From a virus (Duplodnaviria > Caudoviricetes): DNA of 49,027 nucleotides. Shown here piece by piece: positions 9,965-21,200 of this stretch; position 1 is the stretch's first letter; every line of letters begins with the position of its first letter. The stretch covers positions 1-49,027 of the IMG/VR virus record IMGVR_UViG_3300037294_000081; one strand, given 5' to 3'. Made by a program: the position numbers and the translations under genes. The notes beneath the pieces are model-generated. The model was given only the letters and a program-made list of their open reading frames with translations, was not told where the DNA came from and ran no database searches.

Positions 9965-9993
9965 ATTATACTATAATAATGATATGGGGTCAA
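9965..9993 (-). promoter_or_regulatory. Sigma70-type (early) promoter for dNMP kinase
   Basis: Minus strand TTGACC-17 nt-TATAAT, then AGGAG SD and ATG at 9945. Confidence 0.8.
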
Positions 9994-9994
9994 C

Positions 9995-10333
9995 CTATCT
10001 ATAAGGTTTTGGTTGTTTTGGTTTATTAGTGTTCAATCTATTAGCTAATACACTTGCAGTGTTGATAGATTTAGTTCTTTCAGTTCTTCTAGCTGCTTGA
10101 GGAGCAGTGCGTGCTCTGGTAGTTTTCATCTTCTGGGCCTGCGCCATATCCATAGGCTGGTGGCATTTTGATGGATGACTAACTTGTCGGCTCTTCCTTG
10201 GACCTGATGAACAACGGAATTTTAATTTAGTTGTGCCGCCGCGAGCAGTGTGCTTGCCAACACCCCAAACCATTTTAGCAGTTTCAGTATATAACTCTTC
10301 GTCATCTTCAAAAATAAATTCATTAGCTCTCAT
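9995..10333 (-). CDS. Hypothetical basic protein
   Basis: Likely start MRANEFIFE at 10333 overlapping the gp13 stop (TAATG); Lys/Arg-rich C-terminal half. Confidence 0.65.
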   Translation of the reverse strand: MRANEFIFEDDEELYTETAKMVWGVGKHTARGGTTKLKFRCSSGPRKSRQVSHPSKCHQPMDMAQAQKMKTTRARTAPQAARRTERTKSINTASVLANRLNTNKPKQPKPYR

Positions 10334-11088
10334 TATCCAATCACCCATCCCCAACCTTGTGTAGTAATACCAGTTTTTAGATCTTCGTTAAGTTTATCTA
10401 TATCACCTTGTCCTTCAGCTTTCATTGCTGCACCGTTAAGCGCTGTGCCACCTTGCGGGCCTGCAATGCTGGCAAACTTTTCACGTGCTTGGCCCAGCAT
10501 CATCTTACAGTTGGCCAGTGTGTAGTCTTTAACCCACTGTCCAGAATATACATCATCAATGATAGAAAAATCTGGTTTAACATTGTACGCCAAAAGCATT
10601 ACTGATTCTTCGCCTCTTGGACGTTGCTGTATGATAATTTTATGACTTTGAGGATGCCAGGTAAAGTTGATAAAACTACCAAACATTTTACCTACTTGTT
10701 CTTGATACTGCGCAAACAGTTCGTAAGTTAATAGGCCACCCATATTTGTTGAGCTTAACAAATAGGTGTTGGTGTAGGCAAGGTTAAATGGTTCAAATAC
10801 AGTTCCGCCTGTGCCGTTACCTGTACGACTTCCTACACTGCGACGAAAAATCTGTCGAACTTGTTGAACTTCTTTTGGAAGTATATACTCGTTTTGATCT
10901 TGTACAAGAGTTAAGAATAGATAGCTTTCCTCCACAGCGTTATCACTACGCTGGCGAAATACTGCCAAACTGCGTTGTAGTGCTGTTTCGTAGTGGATAG
11001 GATCTAACTCTAAGTCAATCATGCCGTCGCCTAGCATGGCCTTGCAGTAGTCAAATACCTGTTGTTTTGCTTGATCAGATGTGCTCAT
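10333..11088 (-). CDS. gp13: Neck protein (T4 gp13-like head-tail adaptor)
   Basis: YC..MLG...ID.EL at the N-terminus; WVKDYTLA.CK..LG..R.KF....GP.GG..LNG at the C-terminus. Confidence 0.9.
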   Translation of the reverse strand: MSTSDQAKQQVFDYCKAMLGDGMIDLELDPIHYETALQRSLAVFRQRSDNAVEESYLFLTLVQDQNEYILPKEVQQVRQIFRRSVGSRTGNGTGGTVFEPFNLAYTNTYLLSSTNMGGLLTYELFAQYQEQVGKMFGSFINFTWHPQSHKIIIQQRPRGEESVMLLAYNVKPDFSIIDDVYSGQWVKDYTLANCKMMLGQAREKFASIAGPQGGTALNGAAMKAEGQGDIDKLNEDLKTGITTQGWGWVIG

Positions 11089-11093
11089 ACTGT

Positions 11094-11114
11094 TATTTAT
11101 CGTTGCGCTAAATA
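11094..11114. promoter_or_regulatory. Back-to-back divergent late promoter boxes for gp13 (-) and gp14 (+)
   Basis: TATTTA at 11094-11099 (TAAATA on minus) and TAAATA at 11109-11114, each exactly 5 nt from its ATG. Confidence 0.75.
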
Positions 11115-11119
11115 TACGT

Positions 11120-12523
11120 ATGCCAAGATTAAGCCTCTACCGGCCCGAAAAGGGCAACGACTACAGATTTATAGATAAAAATATTTGGGAAATGTTCCAA
11201 GTTGGTGGTACTGACGTCTTTGTACATAGATACATAGGGCCTGGTGCTGCTGCACACGGAGCTACTCCTAGCACTCCTGCATATACCGGAGATGCTAATC
11301 CGTTTCAAATACAAGATTTGCTATTTTTAGAAAACAGAGATCGCAAATACGATCCAGACATATATGTTCTACGTGGTGTTTATAGTCTTACAGACATTGA
11401 CTTTAACCTAAGTCAGTTTGGATTATTTTTACAAAACGATACTGTGTTTATTACTTTTCATATCAACGATACAGTAGAAAAACTTGGTCGTAAGATCATT
11501 GCAGGTGATGTGATTGAATTGCCACACTTGAAAGATGAATATGCGCTGAATGATTTGAGCTATGCGCTGAAAAGATTTTACGTTGTTGAAGAAGTCAACA
11601 GAGCAGCAGAAGGATTTAGTGTGACTTGGTACCCGCATCTGTATCGTGCCAAATGCAAACCGCTGGTTGACAGTCAAGAGTTTAAACAGATACTAGACGG
11701 CATTGCTAATACTGATGCAGACAAAGGTGCATACAATGTAAACATTACCTACTATCCTGGGGATATTGTTAAAGGCCCAGACGGTAAGCAGTATGAGGTT
11801 ATTCAAGAAGTAACCGGGTCTGCTCCACCAGATAATACCTATTATAAACTTGCAGATAGTCTCAAAGACCTTATGAGTACATATAATAAAGAGATGGAGA
11901 TCACCCAGGCCATTCTCAATCAAGCAGAAGCCGATGCTCCTAAAAGCGGTTACGATACTAGTAAATTTTATACGCTTCAACGTGATGACGATGGCACTAC
12001 TTCATTGATCACTACGGATAGTGATTTAATCAATCAATACAGTGTTGACAATGAGGTACAGGCTACAGACGCAGATGGTAATTTATTATTTGATACTAAC
12101 AATGATCCTATCTATGTTGGCGTAAATGCAGCATCGACATTTACATCAGCAGACGGAAAAGGATACCTTGGGTATCTAACAGGTGACGGTGTTCCTCCGA
12201 ATGGAGCACCCCTGACTGCTGGATTGGCATTCCCTTTCAATCCCGTAGACGGACAGTTCTGTTTACGAACAGATCATTTGCCAAACAGATTGTTTAGATA
12301 CAACGGAACACGCTGGATGAAATTTGAAGATAACGTGCGTATGACTATGAACAATTTAGGCGCTAGCGATGTTGGCGCTGGCAATACTTTTGAAGGTAAA
12401 GACATTCGTCAAACACAGAAAGCAACGTTTGTTAATAATACAACAGTTAATACTATCGACGGGCATACCACAACAGAAAAACAAAGTCTATCCAAGGCGT
12501 TGCGACCACAGGCGGATGAATAA
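11120..12523 (+). CDS. gp14: Neck protein (gp14-like) with C-terminal extension
   Basis: Likely start MPRLSLYR at 11120; LSQFGLFL..D.VFITF, GDVIELPH, FYVVEEV pattern typical of gp14; position between gp13 and gp15. Confidence 0.75.
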   Translation: MPRLSLYRPEKGNDYRFIDKNIWEMFQVGGTDVFVHRYIGPGAAAHGATPSTPAYTGDANPFQIQDLLFLENRDRKYDPDIYVLRGVYSLTDIDFNLSQFGLFLQNDTVFITFHINDTVEKLGRKIIAGDVIELPHLKDEYALNDLSYALKRFYVVEEVNRAAEGFSVTWYPHLYRAKCKPLVDSQEFKQILDGIANTDADKGAYNVNITYYPGDIVKGPDGKQYEVIQEVTGSAPPDNTYYKLADSLKDLMSTYNKEMEITQAILNQAEADAPKSGYDTSKFYTLQRDDDGTTSLITTDSDLINQYSVDNEVQATDADGNLLFDTNNDPIYVGVNAASTFTSADGKGYLGYLTGDGVPPNGAPLTAGLAFPFNPVDGQFCLRTDHLPNRLFRYNGTRWMKFEDNVRMTMNNLGASDVGAGNTFEGKDIRQTQKATFVNNTTVNTIDGHTTTEKQSLSKALRPQADE

Positions 12524-13071
12524 TGTATATCTATAAATTTATACATACCGAAAGCGGAAGAGCGTATATAGGGCAAACTATACAAAATCCAAATCGGCGT
12601 CGGCTTGAACATATTGCCGATAGTAGGAATACTCCAAGAACATATCACTTTCACAATGCTTTAAAAAAATACGGATCAGAATCATTTATATTTGAAGTTA
12701 TTGCAGAAGCGAAATCTTTGGAAGAATTAAACTTGTTAGAGGAAAAATATGTGAATCAATACGATTCTATTAACAATGGGTTTAATATTCGACAAGCAGG
12801 TGGCAACAAGCTACATTCTGAAGAGAGTAAACAACGGATGAGTGATGCTCAAAAAGCTGCTCATTTACAGAGAAGATTAGAAGGAAGAGATAGCGGATGG
12901 AAAAGGAAAGATGGCGGGCCTATGAAAGGAAAAATCTGTTCCGAAGAAAATAAACAAAAAAAACGAGAAGCACATTTAAAAGCACAGCACTATACTGGAA
13001 AAACTTGGAAAGTTATAGATGGTAAAAGAGTGTGGTTAACTAAGGAGGCTGTGGCTAACGCTACTGTATAA
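12523..13071 (+). mobile_element. Free-standing GIY-YIG homing endonuclease (Seg-like) with NUMOD-type basic tail
   Basis: YIYK...YIGQT...RR..H...F.FEVI...E...I...GFN core, followed by HSEESKQRMS and SEENKQKKR NUMOD3-like repeats; sits between gp14 and gp15. Confidence 0.88.
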
Positions 13072-13073
13072 TC

Positions 13074-14558
13074 ATCGACTATTTTTATGACGGACAAATA
13101 AGACGCTATGTCACGCAATTTATGCGTGTGTTCATAGGATTTAAATGGGAAGCGGGCAACGGCGATCAACAGACTGTTCCTGTAATGTACGGGGACATGA
13201 GTCGTCAAGTTGCTAGCATTATTAAAGAAAATAGCGAAAACAAATTACCGACAGTCCCCCGAGTTGCTTGTTATATTAGCAGTTTAGAAATGGACACTAC
13301 TAGACTAAGCGATCCAACATTTGTAAGTAAAGTGCATATTAGAGAACGTAGATACACTGATGCCAGCGGCACTAGAGATTATCAAAATACTCAAGGTGGC
13401 AATTATACTGTAGAACGATTAATGCCAACTCCTTTTAAATTGAGTATGAAGGCAGACCTCTGGACTAGTAATACTGATCAAAAATTGCAATTGCTTGAGC
13501 AAATCTTAGTATTGTTTAATCCCAGTTTAGAATTGCAGACTACTGACAACTATATTGATTGGACCAGTCTAAGTACAATGTTCTTGACCACTACTAATTT
13601 TACAAGCAGAACTATTCCTGCTGGTGCTGAAAGCGAAATTGATATTTTAACATTAGAATTTGAAATGCCAATATGGATTAGTCCTCCTGCTAAAGTTAAA
13701 AAGCTAGGCGTGGTACAAAGTGTTATCGCTAACGTATTTTCAGAAAATGGCGATGTTGTAAATCTCGATAATTTAGTTTATAATCGAGGGTCGGGCTCGT
13801 TCAGTACAACAACTAATCGATACCGAGTATTGTTGTTTAAATCAAATACAGGCAATCTTACTGACAACCAATTTGATCTTACATTGGTCAATCCGACACA
13901 AGCTGTACAGGTATTAGGATTAGATGAAAAAGAATTTTCAAATGGAGCGGCGGTAGAGTGGGTTCGAATCTTAGAAGTACAAGGCGGTTATGTTCCAGGA
14001 AGCAATGTATGGTTTAAAAATTCGGGTTCTGAGATACAAGGAACCTTTGTAATCAATCCATTAGATGCTACAATACTAACTGTGACACTAGATGCTGATA
14101 CCTATCCTGCTAATACAGACATTCCGGGATCATCAGAAGTTCGAGGAACAATCGATGCAATAGTAGATCCATACAAATATAATCCGGTAGAAGTATACGG
14201 TAGTCTAAGTAGCATACCTGTCGGTCTTCGATTCTTAATGTTAGACGATATTAATACCAGTGCCAATAGAGGTGACTTTAATAGATTGCTCGAAGGTAAC
14301 GATAGTTCTCGCGATCCATATGATGGTCCGGACGGATGGAAAGACTCGGCAGGAGCTGATCCTATTGTCTTTGCTAATTCTATCATAGAATGGGATGGCA
14401 CAACTTGGTCCTCAATTTGGGAACCTAGTGCAGAGACTGCAAACACGGTAGTACAAAATATCCGTACAGGTATCAAATATCGTTGGGATGGCACACAATG
14501 GCTCAAAGCGTTTGAAGGTGAATATGCGCCAGGAGATTGGAACTTCAAACTAATCTAA
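13074..14558 (+). CDS. gp15: Tail terminator/sheath stabiliser (gp15-like) with C-terminal extension; true start probably non-AUG near 13074 rather than ATG 13122
   Basis: In-frame DYFYDGQIRRYVTQFMRVF resembles the T4 gp15 N-terminus (GYFYNSSFRRY); VPVMYG, LP...ISSLEMD..R, P.PF.L, QLLEQILVLFNP motifs. Confidence 0.85.
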   Translation: MDYFYDGQIRRYVTQFMRVFIGFKWEAGNGDQQTVPVMYGDMSRQVASIIKENSENKLPTVPRVACYISSLEMDTTRLSDPTFVSKVHIRERRYTDASGTRDYQNTQGGNYTVERLMPTPFKLSMKADLWTSNTDQKLQLLEQILVLFNPSLELQTTDNYIDWTSLSTMFLTTTNFTSRTIPAGAESEIDILTLEFEMPIWISPPAKVKKLGVVQSVIANVFSENGDVVNLDNLVYNRGSGSFSTTTNRYRVLLFKSNTGNLTDNQFDLTLVNPTQAVQVLGLDEKEFSNGAAVEWVRILEVQGGYVPGSNVWFKNSGSEIQGTFVINPLDATILTVTLDADTYPANTDIPGSSEVRGTIDAIVDPYKYNPVEVYGSLSSIPVGLRFLMLDDINTSANRGDFNRLLEGNDSSRDPYDGPDGWKDSAGADPIVFANSIIEWDGTTWSSIWEPSAETANTVVQNIRTGIKYRWDGTQWLKAFEGEYAPGDWNFKLI

Positions 14559-14571
14559 GATAAGTACTGGC

Positions 14572-14958
14572 ATGCAATCACGTGCCGGCTTATTATTTCT
14601 AGCAAAAACCACTGGAAGAATACTGCTCATCTTAGAAAATGACAAGTGGACTGTACCTACCTTTGCTAGATCAGGGCCGTTATTAGACGATGCAAAATTG
14701 CTGTTAGATACGTACTCACAAGGTAAAATATTACCTATAGAATTGTATCTTAGTGAGGACCGGGGATTTGAATACGGTACGTATGTGTGTGTAGTTGATC
14801 AAGAATTTTTAACTACAGCAGCACCTACTATGTGTTGGGCAGAACTAGAGTTACTTCCCAAACAATTACATGTCGGATTACGAACTACCTTACACAATCA
14901 AATTATAAGAACAAAAATAGAAACCATTATGGAGTTAGAAAATGTTACCATTAATTAG
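14572..14958 (+). CDS. Hypothetical protein, possibly a degenerate Nudix-like fold
   Basis: AGLLFLAKTTGRILL...W and FEY.TY.CVVDQEF resemble phage Nudix-like proteins, but the Nudix box is absent; TAAGTA-N5-ATG upstream. Confidence 0.55.
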   Translation: MQSRAGLLFLAKTTGRILLILENDKWTVPTFARSGPLLDDAKLLLDTYSQGKILPIELYLSEDRGFEYGTYVCVVDQEFLTTAAPTMCWAELELLPKQLHVGLRTTLHNQIIRTKIETIMELENVTIN

Positions 14959-15208
14959 TAAAAATGAAAGATTTAAAGCTGATTGTCAAAAATACAAACA
15001 TTTTATCGATTCTACCGATAATATACAACTTAAAATCGAAGTAACTACTCTGTTAAATCAGCTTATGGCAGAGGCTCGACAGATCGATAGTTTTTATCAG
15101 TCTTTGTCATCTGGTGCAGGAATTGCGTCTAGAGTAGAAGACACTAGAAATAAACTTTCTAGTATTAGAAAAGATTTAGAGAAGCGATGTGCTTCTCTAA
15201 AACCTTAA
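14942..15208 (+). CDS. Hypothetical helical protein
   Basis: 88 aa ORF with GGAG SD, overlapping the previous gene end. Confidence 0.6.
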   Translation: MLPLISKNERFKADCQKYKHFIDSTDNIQLKIEVTTLLNQLMAEARQIDSFYQSLSSGAGIASRVEDTRNKLSSIRKDLEKRCASLKP

Positions 15209-18200
15209 GCCTGTGCTTCACCCCAACGTAAGATCAAGTTAGCCACTGTTGATGTTCCTGCGGTCTTATATATGTTAATTGCTAACACATCAGGGCCGTT
15301 AGGATAAGTTCCACGACCTCCTAATGTAGTATTAGTAAGTTCTTTTAACTCAGTTAATATTAACGAATTAGTTTCTCCTGGGTTAGCAATAAACGAAAAT
15401 ACAGTTTCTCCCGGTAATGCATATGGAGGCTGTCCGAATGAAAATGCAACAGTAGCTCCACCAGCAATAGTAGTGTTTGAACTTTGACTGAAATACACAA
15501 CGTATTCGTTACCCGGGCTACTCCCGACATAGTTTGCTGGCCCAAATACTTGGGTTACACGAGTACCGGCTGGGAACTTTGTATCTGACGCAGCAATTTC
15601 AGTACCTACAATTGCTCCAATTGCTTCCCAACTAGCCGCAGTAAAGTACAAAAAGTTTCTGTTAGTTAAACTAACAGTCGAAGAAGTTGTTGCACTTGCG
15701 GTAGTTTGAACAGCTCCGCTATTCCAGTTTACTGATCCGCCTGGAGCAATTTGTACAAAACTAGGTTGTCCGCCTTGTGCTACTCCGGATATTCCGCCCC
15801 ATGCAATGTCGCCTGGGTCTACAGGATAGTTTTGAGGATTTAATACTCCTTCAATAACAATACCGCCAGTATTTGTTGCTACCGCATCAGATGATACTGC
15901 AATTTCTCTAAGTAATAATTGCGCACGATTTAATAACTCTCGTTCTCCTAAATCACCAACAAGTGCATTTGATACACTAGGAGCTAATCGAAGTAAGAAT
16001 GCTGTTTTCTTTGTAGTTGAAACAGTATTACCTGTAGATGCATAAGTGAATAAATATCCGCGATCCTCATCAAATCTACCATCTGTTAATAACGCACTAC
16101 CCCAGTGACTAATAACCGGCGTAATTGTTGTACTAATTAATATAACACCTGTATTTGTACTATGGGCAGCAGCCGGACCTGCTGTATATGTTCTGTTAGC
16201 TCCGCTTGCAAAATTTTGATAACCTGCACTACGAACACAACCAGTTAATGTATTACCACTTTTTCCTGTAAAAGAAATCAGCTCGTTATCTATATAAACT
16301 ACACCTGCAGTCGGAAAGTAAAATGCATCGTACAACAGAATAGTTGTTTGCGATTCATCCATTGCTGCTGCTAAACTATCTTTTGCACTTTCGTTAATTA
16401 CTTCGTATCGAACTGGCAAGTTGGCCGTTCGCATATATGCTTCTGTGTTTACGTTACTATTACGAATTCTATGTAAGAATATAAATCTACCGTCAGCGCC
16501 GCGCAACATAAATTCAACAAAGCCTGCTGCGTACCAAGTATACTGAATTCCAATCATCTGCATCTTAGTAACATCAATCGAGTATCCACTCGGGCCGGTG
16601 CCATCAGCTCGATCCAGATTCCATTCTGTTTGAGGAATTATTAAATCTGCTGTCAAACACATTTTTGCCGATACAGCATTAGATACTCCACGATAATCAG
16701 GATTAAAAGTTAATTCGGTGTCACTAACTACATCTGTTATTACATGACTCATACCTTTTAATACCACTCGATCACCGACTTTTAATTGATTAGTAAATCG
16801 TGTGTTAACACCTGTAACTAGATTTGAATCAACATTTACTGATACACTTCCGGCTATTTGAAATGTACTACTACGCTTGCATAACGACAAATATTGTCCG
16901 TCGTATTGATAAAATAATCCATTTTGATCGTCAAATGGTCCCGATCGTACAGTTGCACCATGCCATGACTTTACTGACATTTTGGGATTATCGCCTAATA
17001 TTGCTTCAGTTGTAGTTAATGATCTATTGCTACGTACATCAAAAGATCTTTCGTTAATAATTGAATTTACAATAAACGTTCCGTTGTATCCTGCTGTTTG
17101 AAAACCAGATACTTCAATAATTCCACCAACTTGTAGCCCGTGATCCGTATCGTCTGTGGTAAATGTTATTAAACTATTGATTATAGTAGATTCTGCTGTC
17201 CCACTAACTAAATCATAACTAGGCGCAAACAATGCTCCAGTAGTAAACATTATACCTTTACCTGACTGATAACGAATATATTTTTTACTTTGGCGCACAG
17301 CTTGCGCACCGTGTTGTGGGCTGCCGGTACCTAATTGCACGCCGCCGTCATACGGTCTATGTACAAAGAACGAATCAGGTCTAGCATAAACTTCGCCCGT
17401 TAAGCTAGAAACAGATGTATCAATACTTAACTGCGCTCTTGCAACCCATCTAACTGTTGTTTTATTAGGTACTTCTGATACTAAAAACGGACCTGCTGCA
17501 ACATCGTGATTATTTCTAACAACTGTGATAGCTTGCGAATTTGTATTATTACCAACTGCTGCCCAAACATTACTAGGTCCAATTGTACCTGATGCTAAAG
17601 AGTTCCAGTTGGAGGTAGATGTTAAATTTAACAAAGTCCACGTTATTCCATCGTAAGATGAAGCAATAGTAGATGTTCCAGAAGCTATTGTTATAAAAAC
17701 ATCATTCCCAAATTCTACTGCCGACCAAGTTGAGCTGGATGGCAAGGTGCCTCCAGTTGTCCATGTTAATCCGTTTGTTGAATATGCAGTAGCATTGCTT
17801 CCTGATCTAACAGCAACAAATCTAAAATTACCGTAGGTAACGCTACTCCATGTACCAGAACTAGGTAGCACCCCAGTTGCTGCCCAAGTGACGCCGTCGT
17901 CGATACTGTAGTTTACAACCGTTCCACCAGAAGCAATAGCTATAACGATATTATTTTCATTTATTATTCCGCCAGTAACGTCGGTCCAAGTAGTACTAAC
18001 TGATAATGCTCCACCAGCTGACCATGTTACTCCACCGTTTGTACTTCGAGCAGTAGCAGTGCTTCCTGATCTAACAGCAACAAATACTCCGTTGGCATAT
18101 GTAACACTAGTCCATGTGCCGCTACTCGGAAGTGTACTGGCAGTCCAGGTTGTTCCAGTAGTTGAATAATTAGCAACAGTGCCACCACTAGCTACAGCAA

Positions 18201-21200
18201 CATAATATACAACGTCATTGACTAATCCACTAGCAACACTGGTCCAAGTAGTGCTAGTTGCCATAGTACCGACACTCCACGATTCTAAATTTATCGATAC
18301 TGCTGCTGAACTACTACCCGATCTAATGGCAACATATCTTCCATTGCTATAAGTGATTCCCGACCAAGTGCCGCTACTAGGTAACACAACTGTTCCTATT
18401 GAGGAAATTGCTGGAGCTGGATTTGACGTGATATTAAGTAATAATCCCGATCCTGGGAGTAGTCCGTGATTGGTTACAAATGATGCTTGTAATGTTGGAA
18501 TAGCTCCTGAATCAATTTCTGTACCAGCATCTAATGATGCCGTTAATGATTCACTAATTTCTATTGCTGAGTAAATGTCAATAGGTTCGCCTGCAATTGC
18601 AGTACCTGTTATAGATATTGAATCAATTGCGCCGCCTGCTGTTACACTATTAACTGTGATAGTTGCATCGTTAGTTGGAGATGTTCCTCCTAAACTTGTT
18701 CCTAGTACTAGTATTCCGATGTTTTCACTATAATTCGATCCTGATGTAAATGATAAGGAAACATAATCACCGTTATTTCTCTGAATGGAGAACAATGCAT
18801 TTATTCCTGACGGAGATAAATTTAATCCAATAACCCCGACAAATGATTGGTCACCGGTTATTCCCGATCCAGCTAACGAAAATGTACTAATACCGCCCAA
18901 TTCATCTACAGTGTCAACAGTGACTATTAGATCATTATCTGGGCTGGCACCACCTAGTAATGTACCTGCAAATGTAAGTGTTTCGTCTGCAAGATAACCT
19001 GTTCCTGCAATTATTACATCAATTGAATATTCTCCAGAACCGTCTTCTCTGGTAACAGTTATATTAAAATTTCCACCGTCTACTGAAGTAGTGGATGTAG
19101 AAGAAATCTCAGAATATATTCCATTAACACTCACACCTGCACCGCTTGCAGTTACAGAGGTTATGCGGCCACCTGCAGAAACAGTCAGTATTGTAATAAT
19201 TGCGTCGCTGTTGCCACCAGTAATAGTAATTATATCATCAACTTCATACCCTAATCCAGGATTACTAGTAGTTGCAGTATCAATAACGCCAGCTGTTTGA
19301 GTAATGTTAACTGTAAATCCAGTTCCACTACCGCTTGTAGTAGTAGGTACATCAGTATCGTCACTATAACCAGTTCCAGGGTCAGTCAATGTAACACTTT
19401 CAACAATTCCTTCAGATGCACCAATGTTTGTAACAGTTAGTGTAACATCATTTGCAGGAGTTAGCCCACCGACGGTTGTTCCTATTAAGTTAATTCTATC
19501 ACCTAATTTATAGCTAGTTCCTTCGGCATTAGGTACTACAACATAATCGCCGCCTGATAAGGACACATTAAATGTTGCATTTATTCCAACTGATTCTATA
19601 TTCGATCCAGCAACTCCTAAATAAGACTGAATGTTACCTCTAATAGAAGCTGTTAAATTGTCCGATAATGTTAATATGTTTCCACTAATATTATTAATAA
19701 ACAATGTAGTTCCGGATCCATTATCTAATGCCATTCCTTCAACAATCAATGTTGTATCGGACAACACAATCGATGTTGATCCTGAAGATACACTAGTTTC
19801 AGCAGTTTTAGTAGCTACAATGCCGCCAGTGCCTAACACACCAGTAACTTGAGCACCTAACGGAATTGCACCACCTACTGTTGGGGCCCCAACAGTAGGA
19901 GCATCGCCAATGAATGCTATGCTAGAAGACCCGGCTGGTGTTATACCAACAGAATTGATAGTGGTAGACGCGCCGTTACTAAACACTGAAATTGTAGGAT
20001 TTCCAATTGCGGCTCCTGTATAAAATGAAGCCTGTCTCAATTGTGTAGAGCCAGATGATAATTCTTGTCCGTTAGAAATGCCTACTTTAGCCTGTGCGTA
20101 GTAGGTAAACGTTAGATCACTTGGAACTTTTGTAATTAAAAATGAACCTTCTGCTCTTCCTACACCAGTAACTGAAGTAGATAATCCTTTAATAGTGATA
20201 GGTTGCCCAACTGTAAAACCGTGCGGACCATTTGATCGAACAGTTATTAACGAATTACCAACACCGCCTGTGGGTTCGCTTGCATCTGTAATTATTGAAA
20301 TTACAGAAGTATCAGAACCAGGAATTTCGTATACAGAAGGATATCCGCGTTGTAACGAAATTGCTTGCCATTTAGTTGGCTGCAAGCCGTATTCAAAGTC
20401 AGCATCGAGCATAGCCTGTGGTGTTGACACCCTAATACGTTCAATAGCATCAGTACCAAAATCCCAAGGACGAATTGTAGTTACATCATCTTCGACAAAT
20501 ATTTGAATATCATCAGTAGAAGTCGCTGCTGATGTATCTACTGTTAGATTAATCGAGGTAATACTGTCTGATGTTTGTAAATATCTTGGAAAATCTAAAT
20601 CACTAAGGCCGCCAGACTGTCCACCACCCGAACTCTTCCCAGCCTTGTAACTAAATTCTCCTCCAAGTAACGAATCAGTAAAATTGTAAATGATCTCGTT
20701 TAATGAAGCATTAGTTATTAATAATAATTCAGCAGGAGTATATTTTCCTTGTAATCTAATCTGGCCAACACCTGCAACTGCTGCTGGAATTGCGGGCGTG
20801 CCTCCTGAAATTACCCCGGTTATAATATCTATAAGATCACTAATTCTACTCTGAGCACCTTCTTCAGCGTCTTGTCCAATAATAGTTACCTGTGAGGTAA
20901 TTAGTTGGTAGCGAATATCAGGAATTGTGTTTGTTAACACATAATCACTAATTAATGTTTTAATAAATGCGTGTGTTGCTAGAACTGGATCTAACGCTAA
21001 CTCCCCAATTTGAGGAAGATTGTCGATCCATAAATAATTAGAAACATTTCGAGTTTCAATGTTTCCTCCGTATCGTAAATCGTGTAAATATGCATTTAAA
21101 TAATATCCTACGTCTCGAACACATGTAGAAGAATCATACTGAAATCCTGTATAAGGACTAACATTGTTTTCTATATTATAATTAATGTAAGCGATTTCTT

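Noticed and set aside
13051-13071. GTG at 13051 as the start used by the TAAGGAGG SD
   Set aside because: Only 2 nt from the SD, in the endonuclease frame, and gives a 6-codon peptide; it lies within the predicted hairpin.
12526-13077. Group I intron interpretation of the endonuclease insert (U at 12526 and G at 13077 would splice to ATG-TAC-TAT-TTT)
   Set aside because: The whole interval is ORF, with no room for and no visible P3-P7 ribozyme core. The boundary match may be chance; RT-PCR would settle it.
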